Shown: positions 35,630 to 49,300, numbered from the stretch's first letter. The stretch: 64,000 nucleotides of DNA from Klebsormidium nitens (GCA_000708835.1 DF237249.1:43772-107771); one strand, 5' to 3'. The notes: generated by a model from the letters alone, not told the origin. A program made the numbers and translations.

Positions 35630-38600
35630 TCACTTGTAGTATGTGTACTTCGAGTTGAGGAAGCGGGTAATCTGCTGCACAAAGAGGCGTTCTTTATCAG
35701 ATTGTTCTGAAAGGCGACCCTGTTCGTCAAACATGGCCTTCCGTTTCCGAGCATTTAGATGAAAATCGTGGCGCAATATCAAGCGCCGGGTTTTGCCCGG
35801 CCGGCAGCTTTCTGACTAGAATTTGGGCAGCTTGAGGGAACAAGCGAAAAGAGCTGACACTGAGCCTTTCGTTCACGGCCAATACATACACCGGACCAAC
35901 TTGGCAAATCGGCAGTACTTTGCGGGCATTACAAAAATGGGTCTGAACATAGGCCGCTCACCCCGCAGAGGACTTCCCACTTCTTCCCATGCTTGGCAGC
36001 CAGGTTCTTGTCCGTATGGTAGTGCGAGATGGCCCGCAGCAGCGCTTTCTTGGTGATGTCCGGGTCCGTCCCCAGGGGTCCCAGCTTGTGGTCGGGGTTC
36101 TTTGGCGGATGCTTCTCATAGAGGTGCTTCAGGAAGGCCTCCGCACTCCCCGTCACGGCTCTCTGCGGGGACGTGGAGAGGTAGAATAAGCGAGTTGCAT
36201 AACGAGAATAAGATGTGGGGATGTGGCGCAGATCAGTAGGCCCAACGTGCAGTAGGGCTGGAGTGGCGCTTTCGGAGAATCTCTCATTGTATCTCCGTAC
36301 CCGTCGATATGTCTCTGCTTGGCTGAAATGTCAGATGTTTCTCGAAACAGAGTGAGTGAACGGGCCGAGGTGCACATTGTCAGAAGGCGTGGCAAGAAGA
36401 CGACGTAAATTACAAACGATGCGCGCTCAGAACGCTCAGGAATCTCTTTAGCAAAGTTTTGTCAGACGAAGGTTCGGGCTTTCGATCCGTTCCGTCGATT
36501 CTTGCCTGGCACACTCATGCTATAAATCTTGAGTGACGTATGGCGCAGCAGAGCTCTTGAGCTGGTCCTCAGGTCAACATGGTCTCGCAAGGGAGATGCT
36601 CTGTGCACCGAAAGAGCTTTGATATTCCGCAAGCGCTCCTGAGTCGTCAATTGAAGCTTCCGTCCAGGTTTAACGGTGCTGTCAGATAACCTCACCACGC
36701 AATAGGATGGCAATATCCTCCTGACCAAAGAATGTTTGACTCATCAATCATCAAAACGCCGTCCAGGAGCATCTGAGGCAAAGGTCTCTAAGTGCAGCGT
36801 CGCACCTGAAGCAGCCACAGCTTTACCGACCGACTTTTCACCCCGATCAACAGTTCTTAGCAGCTGAGATCATTCCCACCTGCAGCGCCGCCAGCTCGTC
36901 CTTCAGTATCTCCAGCCATGGCCCCCTCTCCTGCTCCTCCTTCGCCGCCTCCTCCCGCCTCACTCGCTCCTGATGCTCTCCAACCTCTCTGATCGCCTCC
37001 TGCGCCCACGCTAGTTTGCTCGTGCGCCCCGGCGAAAACGTCAGCGCCAGCTCAGCCGCCTTGAAATAGTAAGTGTGCGCGGTCTTCTCCATTTTGAGCA
37101 CTCCCTTGTACACGTGTCCGAGGCGCGAGAGCGCGCTGCCCTCCGCTTCCAGGTCCCGCTCGCGCGCTAACACGGCGGCTTGCTTGTACTTGTCGATGGC
37201 CAGCCAGACGAAGTCCATGTCCAGGTGCTCTTGTGTCTTGAGGAGGGAGTCGAGCAGGGCGTTGCCTTGGTAGGAGGCTTGGATGGACTCGCAGGTGCAC
37301 TGGTACAGGAAGACCTGTAAGGCAGGGGACTTCAGACAGTTTGCAGATCTCCTCAGTTCGATTGTGAGAGCAAACTAGCTTTAACTCTACCTGCTTTGAG
37401 GGCGAGTTCTCCTTGCGAGACAACATGACAGGCTGGCTGGATAATAAACAAAGTGAAGCCCAAGTTGTTTCTTCAGGAGAAACATGTATGAATCTGGTAA
37501 AGCATGCACGTTCCTGTACAATTCGCTAGAATCATGGGGAGCCAAATTCAATTCCTGTTTCTCCTATGATCCTAGTGGATTCGTCGCAAGCAGCAGAGGT
37601 ACTGCAAAGTGAGTATGGACACAGAATCAAAGTCCTTACACTCATGTACAAACACCTTTCCAGCTACTAGCAAAAGGAGCGCTCTTAGGAGGTCTTCTTA
37701 TCAAGGTGACTGAGAAAATTTTCAGAGAAGTCGGAGTGACTGCAGTAAGCAAGTCAAATGGTTGTTTGAACGATAGATTGTTCTGACTTCCAACCAGCGT
37801 GGCCTTTACATGTTTGGTCTTTCTGCTTACATCCAGTCTTTGATTGCAGAGGACAGGACGTTGATTGGTCAAGAATGTTGCATCCTCACCTCTTCCATTG
37901 AGACTTCAACCTCGCTGCGCTGCTCCTCAGTCCCCCTTTGCATAGCCTCCACCAACAGCTGCGATGCCTCGTTTATGAGCGAGGCGCACCTCGTGGCCGC
38001 TTCCATGCGATCCTTATCAACAGCTTCTAGCAGCCGGATGCCCTCCCAATAGAGTTGCTTCGCTAGCTTGTACTTGCATTGGGACGCTGCTTCACAAACG
38101 CCTGAGGCCTCAGACAAGGCTGTGGACAGCTTGCGCAGGCAGCTGCGGCGGGTGACATGGTCCCACTCTTGGAAGAGCGCGACAGCAGTTGTGACGTACT
38201 TTGTGAGGAGTTTGTGGACACCGGCAAGCCAGTCCTCAGGCTGAAAGTCTGAGCCATGGGAAAGAGCAGCGAGGTAGTGGTGGCAGCCTTGCTTGATGTG
38301 GAAGTTCAAGATTTCCTGGATAGTTTGAGAGACAGCAGTGTTAAAGTTCCGACAGGTCAATGCTTCGTACGTTCTGAGATGATTGTGCCTGCGTATGAAG
38401 TGTGTTGTTAGAGGCAGAACTAGGGGAGGGAGAGGACCAGAATGATACTGGCTCTGAGACAGACATCGGTGTTTGCTAACAGCCGGGACGGAAGTGAGGT
38501 GGGAGTTCTGAGCATTATCCTTGAGGCAAGCCCCTGACTGACTCCTGACAACTTTCGCACTGGCTGACAAATGTCTTGCCAACATGACTCTCACTTTAGG

Positions 38601-39194
38601 AAGCACCATCAAAGAAGCCACCAATGCAAGGCTTGAAGATCTTCGGTTGCCAGTACATGAAAGAGTTGAATTAAAACCACTTGCTATTTTGCTAACATAT
38701 ATGGCCAAAGCAGGTTTCGCATCTCATTTCTACATGTGCCCTGAAGGCAACTGTTTGCCTTCTCTCACACTTGCTCCAGAAGAGTGCAACAGCAACGGTG
38801 GCATGTTCTAAACACGCCCTGAGTCCTCCTGTGCACCTCCCGTGCTCTTTGCGGTTAGAGGATTGCAGTGGAAAAGGAAAGAAAGAGAGCGCTGCAGAAT
38901 GAATCACATCAAGCTCTCAACATCACAAGTTGCACGTACCTTGTCAGCATCTTCTTGCACCAGCTCTGCACACCTCCAATGAGTCGACCCAAGATTCTTG
39001 TGGATGATAGCAAGATCTTGGTTCTTCCCAGTGGCATTTCGCAAGGCTTGGTGGTATAGAGCAGTGGCTTTCTGGAACTTGCTTAACCGAAGACATGGGG
39101 CAAGACTTGGATTGCATCCTGCTTTGAAGATTTCATTTGCCCCTTTCCAGCCTGGGCTTCCGCTTGCTTTGCTGGCTCCTCCTCTCAGAGCCAT
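35630..39194 (-). CDS. TPR-repeat protein with C-terminal J-domain-like segment (HTD instead of HPD), 5 exons
   Basis: Exons 39194-38940, 38315-37890, 37314-36880, 36162-35962, 35674-35630, all phase 0. TPR-like helices (KATALYHQALRNA...AIIHKNLG; AIDKYKQA...EGSALSRLGHVY...AHTYYFKAAEL), a charged coiled coil, then KKALLRAISHYHTDKN...WEVLCGQITRFLNSKY. Confidence 0.8.
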
Positions 39195-39662
39195 TGTTTT
39201 TCAGAAAGTAAATGTTTTTCAACGTCACAATGCCATGTTCCCACCTTCAGCTGTGAGCGCCCGTCCTGCGCACTGGGACACACCATGCAGAACTGCCAAC
39301 CAGACTTGTTACTGCCGTTTCTAGCTCTTGCAAAGGCGCCTCCTAATGGCTCACATTTGACGCATGCTCTGAGTAGCTCTGCTAGCGTTTGCTTCCTCCA
39401 TCCCTTATTTTCGGGGGAGTGCTTGAAATGTGGTCCCGGCGACCTTCGAAGTGACGCACGGTCCTGTGCGTCGCCACAAGGAACCAGCTGATCGCAGAAT
39501 TCCTGGCGACAAAGTACCGCAAAATTTTGGAAGATGGTCGCCATCAATAGAGAAGCTATAGCCTACAGGAATCCCGAGTCCTGGTTCATGCCAAAGGTGT
39601 CGCTGTATCTCATCTCATTGTCAAGGTAGCTCATGGGTTAGAAGTTGAAGAGAACAGGCGCC

Positions 39663-40862
39663 ATGGGGCAAGGGCATGGGAAAGGGCAGGCTGACTATGT
39701 AGATGGTCTCGGGTGCTGCAGGCTCCTCTCCAATCTGTGAGCTGCCAAGGGACGTCCTCCAAATCATCCTGAAAAAGCTCTCTTTGAATGACCGTTTGGG
39801 TTTGGAAGTGCTGAACAAGAGACACCGCAACATCCTTCGAGATGTGGAGCTCTGGCATGACATCAATCTTGGAAACATGCAAGCGCTGGGCCTGACAGAG
39901 AGGCAGCTGTTGAAACTCTTCTGCAGAATCCAGACAGGGTTTGAGCGCGCTTCATCTCAAATAGACAGCATCATAGCAATTTTAGGGAGTTTGTCGCAGG
40001 CTTACCGTCAAAGGTGGAACAGCACACAAGAGCCTGTGTACGGAGACGTGTACTCTGAGGCGCATATTGGTTCCATTGTGAAAGCGGCGGGTTTCCCGTA
40101 TGAACAATGCCTGCTTGAAGGGAAGCGGGGGAGCGCTCCTTGGGTAAAAAGGAACGTGTGCTGGAGGCGTGTACAGTCTGGTTGGCGGAGCATGTCACCT
40201 GGTTAAAGGAGATAGGGGGCAAGACTCTAGACCTTCTCCTACTCTCTACAAAGGCAGCCGGTCGCAAATTTAAACCTGCACTGCTGCAAAAGGTTTGCCT
40301 TGCCGTGGATGTGTCTGGGGCCAAGTCGCTTTCTCCGTCTTTCTTAGCAGCCTGCATGATCGTCCTATCTGGAGCAGGTTTTGCTATTGAGTTCAGGATG
40401 ACTGGGGATAGCGACCCTCCTTTTTCCATGCACCACACGGTCGACTTCTTACAAGTCCTTACGGGAAGCAACTGCATTTTTTACGTGAATCTGGAGGTGT
40501 CTGAGAGTGCTGGTTCAACGCTTGATCTTCAGGACGCGTTGGAAGAATGTACAGCGCCGACTCGGGAATTGATCCTTCTGGATGATGGAGACTCTGCTAC
40601 CCCCCTTATACGAGTATTAGCGCATGGTCGTTTTCTTACCAAGACAAAAACCAAAGCCCTGTACACCAACTATCTCAGCAAGACGTTGGCTCTAGGGCAC
40701 CTCAAGAATGCAGCTGTGACTCGTCTTGGCCGTCCGATTAGCCCGTTTGATTTAGAGGCAAAAGGCAGGGTCGTGAGCAAAACTTTGATTCTGGAGGACT
40801 GGTTCTCTGCATGGAATATAAAACATTTTCTGCGCGAACAGATTCTGCCTCTACTCCGTTAG
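39663..40862 (+). pseudogene. F-box protein paralog, frameshifted and C-terminally truncated relative to the copy at 51256-53480
   Basis: F-box motif ICELPRDVLQIILKKLSLNDRLGLEVLNKRHRNIL. ORFs 39703-40206 and 40140-40862 join across a G5 run at 40127-40131, restoring ERSLGKKERVLEAC (paralog ERSLSSSKRVLEAC). Shares AAGFPY, VSGAK.LSPSFLAA, DPPF.MHH and KALY.N.LSK.L...HLKNAA with the paralog. Confidence 0.7.
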
Positions 40863-41979
40863 CTACGGGCTGGTTTGTCTTGCTGTCAAGAGGCTACAAG
40901 AAGTGGTAGGTGCACCCAAAGCTCCCGTAGCGGAAGAAGGCCCCTTTGGTAGAGCGCACGAGGTCAGAGTTCAACGAAACTGGTAGCGCACCACGTCCAG
41001 GACTGGTATCAATCAGGAAGCGCATACAACGGGACCAAATGCGCAAGTGAATCGAGTTACCGGTGTCACACAACAGCTTGTCCATTGGCGTTCAATTCTC
41101 TTCCACTAGCTGTGTAGAACATGGCTGAGTTTGGTGGCATATGCAGTGTAAGAAGGTTTGTGTTAGTGTCCAGTTGTCGCTACAGTCGCGGCCCGAGATT
41201 GCCGAATGCCAATAATGTGCGATGGAATGCCAGCACGTCTGGTCGGTTGAGACCTATTTGTGACCGGCACATGCAGTACAGGGGCGCAAACGTGTATAAG
41301 ATACATATACAGAAACTGGAAAAGCAACGTACATAACTCCATCGTAAGTCATTGTCTTGCCGTGACACATGCATCACCGTGCCTGAGCATGTGTGTTTAC
41401 AGCAAGCTCCACAGTGCATGCTCGAAAGCAGTAACTTGAAGCAGGCGCGCTTAATTGGAAATTAGTACAGGGTATGCAACGTTGTGTCATACATTTGTAG
41501 ATTTCACATGGGGTCCGAGTCGATGAAGTCGAAAACGAACGCGACCGTCTGCCAGGCGACCACCTTATGGCATCGACCGTACCGTCCTGATATATAGCCA
41601 GTCCTAATGATCAACAGCTGCTAAATTGTAAATCACGCGATAAGCGCGCCGCGCGCCAACTTAGCTCATAACCGCGCGGACATCCTCACGAACCATCGTG
41701 ACGAAGCTTTCCTTGAACAGGTTCAACTTGCAGCCGGAATTTCATGGGATGACGCGTTAATTCATTTTGGGAGTCAAGGAAGCCTCAAGGCATAACAGCT
41801 ATTCATGGCCTATGGACATTGATGGATGCATCAATCAAACTTTGAAGCCAATGCTAGCTTTTCCATGGCGGAGGCAGCAAAGACTTGGATACCTGTGACT
41901 TAATTCGGCATTATAAGGCCACAGGGTGAGTCAGATGAGGCTTCTATACATTGCAGCCCTGCCGCCTGCCACCAAGAGC

Positions 41980-44900
41980 CTACAAGGTCCAGCCCCGAAT
42001 TTGACAGTGGACAGCTGCCAGCTTCGCCATATAGTCCCCGGACCTGCACGCGCAAGGAAAGTCGTACTAAGGGTATTCAGCACTCAACGCGTAGATGCTA
42101 ACAGCCAAACGTTTGCGCTTCCTTGAACGCTTGTTATACCAATGTGACAATCAGATACTTAGTGGCAGGAACAGTAGTAGCAAAATGGGCTGCGCTTCCG
42201 ACTGCCCCCACTCGTCACGCACGTCCGAGCCGTCGTCCTCATATGCTGTACTAAAAGAAGAAGGTACTATAGAATGCATGGGCACCGTGCAGACAATTCG
42301 GCCAAGCTCAAGATGCTCTGATCTACTCTTATGACTCACTTTGTGCCGTACACCGTCTTTACCGCTCTGATCATGGCGCGCTGAGCTTCGTCCGCATCTT
42401 TCTGCAAAGGACACCCTTGAAGAGTTTTGCTACTTTTGTAACCATTACAACCTGAGATCCAACAGCATCTTGACATTTTGGTATGCATCAGATCAGGCAA
42501 GCCACGTGTTCAAAGAAGCGATGCAAAAAGAAGAGGTCACCTGATCCGAAGTCTGCGTGTAGGTCTACGATTCAGCCTCGTGATCTCCTCCAAAACGTCA
42601 GTATTGAAACAGCACGTCCATTCGCGGTCAAAGCATTATCCTCTTGGCTTTGCAAAAGAGCTCGTATCCAATCTTTTGATTTGAGCGATGTACGAAAGGG
42701 GATTGTGATCGCCAACGACGGAACGTGGTCAATGGGAGCAAAACAAACGGCCTCCCCAAAGCAGTCCAATAGACTTACTTTCGATAACCGGAGTTCGAGC
42801 TTGACCTTAGAGCTCACCTCTGACTCGTGGAAGAGAGCAATGTACAGGTTCGCGTAGAAGCCCTGGTGCCCATTGGGGTCTGCTCGGGCCATCTCTTCTA
42901 GCTGCAAAAGAACTTGACTGCCTTCATCTTCTACAATCGGTAGAATATCCATATAAAAGTTCAGATTGAAATGGTGACCAAGGTACCGGGCAAGATTGGC
43001 GCATGTTGCGTGATAAGCGTGGCTTCTCGTCGGCTGAAGTCTTCTGGCGCCAAGTAGTCAGATGGCGTGGCTCGAGACGTATCTCGAGAGCTTGCTCAAT
43101 GCAACTACTTTCCATGCATGTAGTCCCAACGGCGAATAGTGTAGGCCCTCAGTATGGCGCCTCAAGATTGGCTCCTCCTGATTGTATACTGGTCCATCCG
43201 TTTCAGGTTGCTGTTGCGTCGACCGGCGTGTCACTGGCTTACAATCTCGGCCAACGAACCATTGAAGCCGTCGACGGTGATGATTGGCTGATTGGATGCT
43301 TCGACTACTGCAAGCGGCCGAGATTGGCAATGGGCGGCTGCTTTCCGTGAAAATGAAGCCGGGAATCGCTACCGGTCTCACCTTTTCCACTCCCCGCCCT
43401 GTTTGAAACACTTCCTGGGCTGCCCGGAGAACAGGTCGGCTGTCCACTCCGACCTGAGCACCGAATACCGGAGTCCAGTAAGTGATACGCAATCTTCTAG
43501 AGTTGGGAAGCACTTTCGCGCTCAAGGTCAGGACTCGATCCTGGAATGTTGGAACGTTGCCCTAAGAATGTAGGGAGGTCCCGGCTTCCGGTCACAAGAT
43601 TCCTCGATGTTATGAGACGACACGCTTTCGCTCATAACGGCTTTGACAGCATCCCTTGTGCACTTCGTATAATGGAAGTAAACGGTAAGTTTTACCACGA
43701 GGCTCATCAGCCCGTCCCACAAAACGTGCGGTCCCACAAGTACAGTCTTCTGGGAACCGAGCCCAGCGAAAGCGTACCAAGACGGGATTTGTTGTGCCCA
43801 GCGACACGTGAAAGGACAAGAGAACCTTTAGTACTCGCAGCAAGAACCAAAATTTCCTGCACGTCGCAGTTGTGTAGATGATTATCTGGAGTGCTGGCAC
43901 GTACCTTGAGAAATCGCTTCCTAGCTTCTTCCGGTCCATACAACTGAGCTTCGCAGAGGTAGCACCAAATTGACTGCGAAGAAAATCAAAGTCAAAGGTC
44001 AAGAGAATTGGCTGGAACATCCAACAATGCACAGCAAAACGTCCGGGACGATACAGTTTGGACTGAAAGGCAGCCTTTGTGGTCCAATCCCTCTCATTCT
44101 ATGAAAGAAAAGGACGAAGTGAGCAGTACTGGACACACATCCATCAGGGGCCAAAAAGCTAGTACGTCAGAAAGAAGTTCGTACATCGCAGTAATCGAGG
44201 ATCATAGACGTAGGTAAGAGTCGCTCCCGCAAACTCAGATTTGTGATGACACTTCTGGCGAAGCTGATATGCTTCATCCGGCTTTGAAAACAAGTGGTCG
44301 CTTTAGATCACTCGAATCATCCTTCCAAGAAACCCGATCAAGTGTCAAAGATTGCATTGTCTGGCAACCATAACAGCAATCCGAGGCATGGAGGACGCGC
44401 ACCTCTTCTGTGTCATTGGGGTTCACAGCTACGTCATCTCGGAACTGCTTCGCCCCTTCTTCAAATCTGCAACAGAAAGGGCCTCAGAAGTTTTGTCCCG
44501 TGACTTTCGTGGCACCTTCGAGCTGCCCTACTGATTGGAACGTGTGCTATGCGATTGGCGGGGACCAATGCATAATTCGTGATTCTTAAATCTGCAAAAG
44601 TCGCATTATCTGCGGGCCCATCAGCGAAAAGTTTACAGTTTCCCATGTTCTAAACTTCTCAGATATATTGGGGGGATCCAAGCCGTTCTCTCAGGACTGG
44701 GCTGATCCGCTTACTGTAAGGTCTCATTGATCAAGGCAAGGGAGCAAAGGCACCGGAAACACCTCTTTCCTCCCTGGTAAATTCAAGCTGACAGGAATGG
44801 TCTAGGCTGACATCTGTCGAAGGACTCACTCTTTCAGGTAATATAAGCTAAGCCCTCGTTGCCACAAATCTGCACGTATAAACATTTGCTGTAGGTTGAG

Positions 44901-45978
44901 ATTCCTAGGATCGATTCGTTAAACCTATTGTTACAAGTGCATGCTGTCAGGATATGAAGAGCGTCCATCTTCATAATGATGGAGACACACACCGTTTGAT
45001 TAGTGCAGACTGGACAAGATAGTCCTCACCGTGTCAGTCAATGGGTTCAACCGCAATACTTGCTCACATGGTCTCATGGAACTGTCCAATTGAAGAGCTC
45101 TGTCAAACTCCGCCAGTGACCCAGCTACATCCCCCTGCATTAGAAAGACTTGTCTTTTGTCCTGGGCGAAGACTTTACGAAGCCCCTGATTTATCACTCT
45201 CCTCTGATTGGTTTGTTGATTGAAATACGACAACCAAAAAGTGCCTCAAACACGTTTTCTCTCTCTTCCCTTCAAGTTCAGCGGCGCAGTCTCACATCTC
45301 CGTTATAACTCATTGAACCACTAAGCAGATGGTATACCTGACACAGACAGTTTAAACTGTTCTCCGCAAAGCTACCTTTTATTCTTTTGCCAGGGGCAAT
45401 TGGATTACTGTCAACACGAGTGCCTTCGCAAAACCACTGAAGGAAGGTGCAGCAGAAGAACCAATAATATAGATGTTTTGGCTTGCCTTGACGAACTTTT
45501 GCATCCCCAGCGATGTTGCCCGGCTGGCCTGTGGTCGATCCCCTCGACTGGAGGCCGCCATGGCCGTGGCGGCAACAACTCCCGCAGCAAGGCCAAGCGC
45601 TAGAAGGGCACCAGCGCTGATTGCAGTCCGGCGTGCAAGACTTCTTTGAAATGGTGGTGTGACTGAGGTTCCCACTTCTCTCAGCTTCTTGCCAGGGCTA
45701 ATATCAGATGCAAACGAAAGAACACGCCGGTGCTTTGATATCAGGTTCCGCACTGATTGGTGTAGTGCTCCAGCAAATGAGCTTCCGCCAGTGCTTAAGC
45801 CACGGTGCAGCGACCGACTTTTTGAATGGTGTCTTTGGCGGTGCCCTGACGGCTGACAGTTTCTGAGAGTAAAACAGTCTTTCAGGTCTAGAGGCTTTTC
45901 AGAGGGCCTCCTGGCTGCCCGTAGAGGCCCCACAAGCAGCACTTCTGGATTTGGGCAGCAAAGCACTTTCGACAGCAT
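41980..45978 (-). CDS. Plastid-targeted TPR-like protein resembling the Arabidopsis At3g05625 type, 9 exons
   Basis: Exons 45978 (or 46062)-45487, 45134-45068, 44869-44830, 44466-44403, 43973-43905, 43453-43382, 42901-42818, 42401-42340, 42043-41980. Spliced product: GMQKFVKGDVAGSLAEFDRALQLD...YLWQRGLSLYY...FEEGAKQFRDDVAVNPNDTEESIWCYLCEAQLYG.EEARKRFL.VG.DSRPV...FYANLY.ALFHES...DYMAKLAAVHCQIRGW. Ser/Arg-rich N-terminus. Intron 1 is GC-AG. Confidence 0.88.
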
Positions 45979-46319
45979 TGTGATAGATAGCAAAAACCTC
46001 AACGAGCGCCTACGATCAAATCGACTACTACTTTCAGAAGACCTGATCGCCTCCCTCTGCATTGCAATTCAAGATTTGCAATGCCGTGAGACACCAACTT
46101 TTTGTAGATCAATCAGAGAAGGGTTTAGTCTTCTCCGGACAGAAGTTACTCTCGTCATACGAACTCTCGTCCAATCGCATGAATGACAGCCACTCAGTTT
46201 GCAATAGCTCTGCTCTAGTTGCCAGCGTGCGCACAGTCTTGCCTAGAATTATCCGTTTAACTTTTGCCACATTCCCTCTTTCCTGCATTGCCATCAGAAC
46301 CCTGCATGGTCAACCGTCC

Positions 46320-49300
46320 ATGGCTGCGCAGTCCCTGCAAATCTCTTCTTCTCTCAGGCCGGCATTCCAGAGCGCCTTTCAGGCAGCATCAGATGCTCCT
46401 TACAACAGGATCTGTCCGCATGCTACTCTGAGAAGCATTGGAACTCAGAAGCTGCAGAAAGCCTGGCTGTGCTCCTGTCAAGCTCGTAGTGTTGTGGGTG
46501 CATCATCTACCAGCTTTTTTGGGCAGCATTGCAAGCCCAGGGATCCTCAGGAAAGCAAACTACTCCGTCGAGGCAAGAGGGTCGTCAGCATGGTTACAAC
46601 AGAGTCCAAATCAATGGAGGTTGGATCACGCGCACCTGATTTCCAGGTAGGTGGATGAGAAAGGATTCTCTTGCTGCAGCCAGAATCTTGCTGTTAGTTG
46701 CACACTCCGAAGCCAATCCCGACTTGCTTCAAAATTGAACGGTGGCGCGTAAATTCAGAGGTTGCAAGCCGCAAAGCAGCAAGGAACCACACTGATTGTG
46801 GTGAGCCAGCTGCCTGCCAAGCTGCTCTGCCTGGCGTCTAAAGCAGATTGCCAAATCTGGATGCATAAGATGCCCCGAAAATGCTTGATGGGCCCAAGCT
46901 TGGTTGGCCCCTGATGCATGCTAGTTCCCCCGTTCACTATGACTTTATAGATTTTGGTCGCTGTCCATCAGGTGGTAGAATGTATCCCATACAAGGGGCC
47001 GAGAAGACAAATCAGGGCGCAAAATCTTTTTGGATCTCAAAACAGCCTTTGCCATGTCCGTGCAGCTGCTGGAGCCTTTGACGGGAAAAACTGTCAGTCT
47101 TGATGACTTCGACGGTGCCCCTGCTTTACTGGTAAGCAGGCAACATGTTAACTCTGAGAATCCGGAAGAAATGGCTATGGGCAAAAAATCTCAGTCAAGA
47201 GTAGTGGCAGATTCATTTTCCTCATCCGCTTCTTTTGGCCTCTGATCCATCACGAGCGCTCTGCCATTGCTGGGAACTACAAATGGATTTCAATATAAGC
47301 TCTAGTTTCTCCTCCACATGCAACAACAGAAGATGCTTGAAGCATTTCACCGCATTAGCTACGAAGCCAGCAGGCACGAAAGGAGGAGCAATCTGGATTG
47401 GTGTCTGATTGCAGGTCATCTTCATGTGCAATCACTGCCCTTATGTCATCCATTTGAAAAAAGCAGTCAAAGAGCTAACTGACGAGTACATCAGGGTAAG
47501 TCAATCTCCGAAGGTGTCATCTTGACAGAGCCATTTGTGGTTGGCCGTCACCACAGCATATGATGGGCAATCCGTAGAAGTCTCTTTGTCTAGAATTCTT
47601 AAACTGCTTTGTAGGTCACGATAAGAACCTGCGAGAAGATGCTTTGCATTGATCCACCAATGGGTTGACTGTGCGGGATTGATCACTTGCTGATCATTGG
47701 GACGAATTGAACGCCACCATCTAACATTTTCTGCCGTGTTCCTGCAGAAAGGCTTGTCTGTGGTTGCAATCTCTTCGAACAGTGTCAAGACACATCCACA
47801 GGTATGTTGCTGCTGATTGGCGCCCTTGGGTTGAGTCCATATGCTGGCAATCGCACACAACGTTTTGCTCGTACTTGCAACTAGTTCGATACAAGCTCCT
47901 TCCCGTTTGTAAGATATTGCAGACGACGAGAGGGTCCTGGCGTTGGTACGCCTAGACAATTTGCGTGTTAAGACCCTTCTCCGCGGAAACATGTGGCCAG
48001 AGTGACTCTCAGCTTGAGTTCCCTGACCAACTTACTGATAAACCTTACGAACTGCGTGTAACTGCAGGATGGGCCCGACCAAATGGCCGATGATGCCAAG
48101 CAGCTGGGATACGACTTTCCATACCTGTACGATGAGGTACGTGCGTTTTCCGTCTCGGTTCTACGATCGAAATAGCTTCGCATGCGGCCTCGATTACAAG
48201 CCTTGGTTTCGCTGTGACTCACTGTAGGTGGTCGTATCTGACTGCCGGCCAACGAACAACGAGCTGCAAACATAATCTACCGGAAGCAAGGGGCTGGCGA
48301 TACTGAGGCTTTCAGCGTGTCCATTGTAAAAGTCACAGCAAAAAGACAAGCCGATCTGGTTTATCCGGCCTGGTTTTTACTGCGAGAGTCAAAGGCGCTG
48401 ATTGATTTGCGGGTGTCTTAGTTTGAGGGGATCCCTTAGGAATTGGCTCACCAAAGACAGTGCCCAGTGCCGTTTTTTCAGAACGTGGGCATTTTCGCCG
48501 AGGATGTCGACAGCCAATGTCCACCGCAGCGGACCGAAGACTTCTCGTTCTCTCGTTGGCAGACGACATGGTCTCAGCATCATTCGTTTGCCCTGCCCGT
48601 TTACTTTGCATCAAAAGTTTTGGCTCCACGACTCATTTGTGAACGTCTGCAGACCCAGGATGTTGCGAAGGCTTACAAGGCCGTGTGCACCCCCGAGTTC
48701 TACGTTTTCAAGAAGGTAAGCTCAACTTAAGGACCTTTCTAGGAGGAGGCCCGCCGGTGCGAACCTCGTCTTCACTACCTGCCGCGACTGAATAGGTCTG
48801 AAATGAGTCTTAGTCGAAGCCTGCCTTGCGGTCAGACGCTAATCTGGCAGATTGAGAGCACAGATTGTTAAGAACCACCTTAGCGATCTTTCTTCAGCGA
48901 TCTTTCTTATGACAAGCAAGAGAGCAACCATCACTTGCGCCAACTGGGCTTTATTGATGAAATTTCAAGATTCTGCGAAGCGAAAGCGTCATCAACGAAT
49001 CTTGCTCGACCGGCAGATGAGGAACCCTGACGAACCAGCGGAAGAAATTAGTTTTTAGCTTCTCGTCTCAAACAGTAGTAACGAAACCTGATTCACCGAA
49101 CTTCGAACAGCTTCTGCAAGCGCGCTCACACACTTCACTTCAGAGCCTCCCGTTCTTCGGGCGTCCGGCTTGAGGATGGTCGTCCGGATTCGTCGCTTTT
49201 GGCCGTCGCACTCATCAAGCTCCTATATTGGGAACGGCTCTGGTGATTCGCAAGTCGTAGTGTCCTGGGCTCTACCGGTCTCGAATGTTTCTCGACAAGT

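Noticed and set aside
43905-43973. CYLCEAQLYG.EEAR read as an OTU1/YOD1-like zinc finger in a degraded gene
   Set aside because: It splices in phase into the conserved plastid TPR protein (NPNDTEESIWCYLCEAQL). The surrounding stop-ridden frames are introns.
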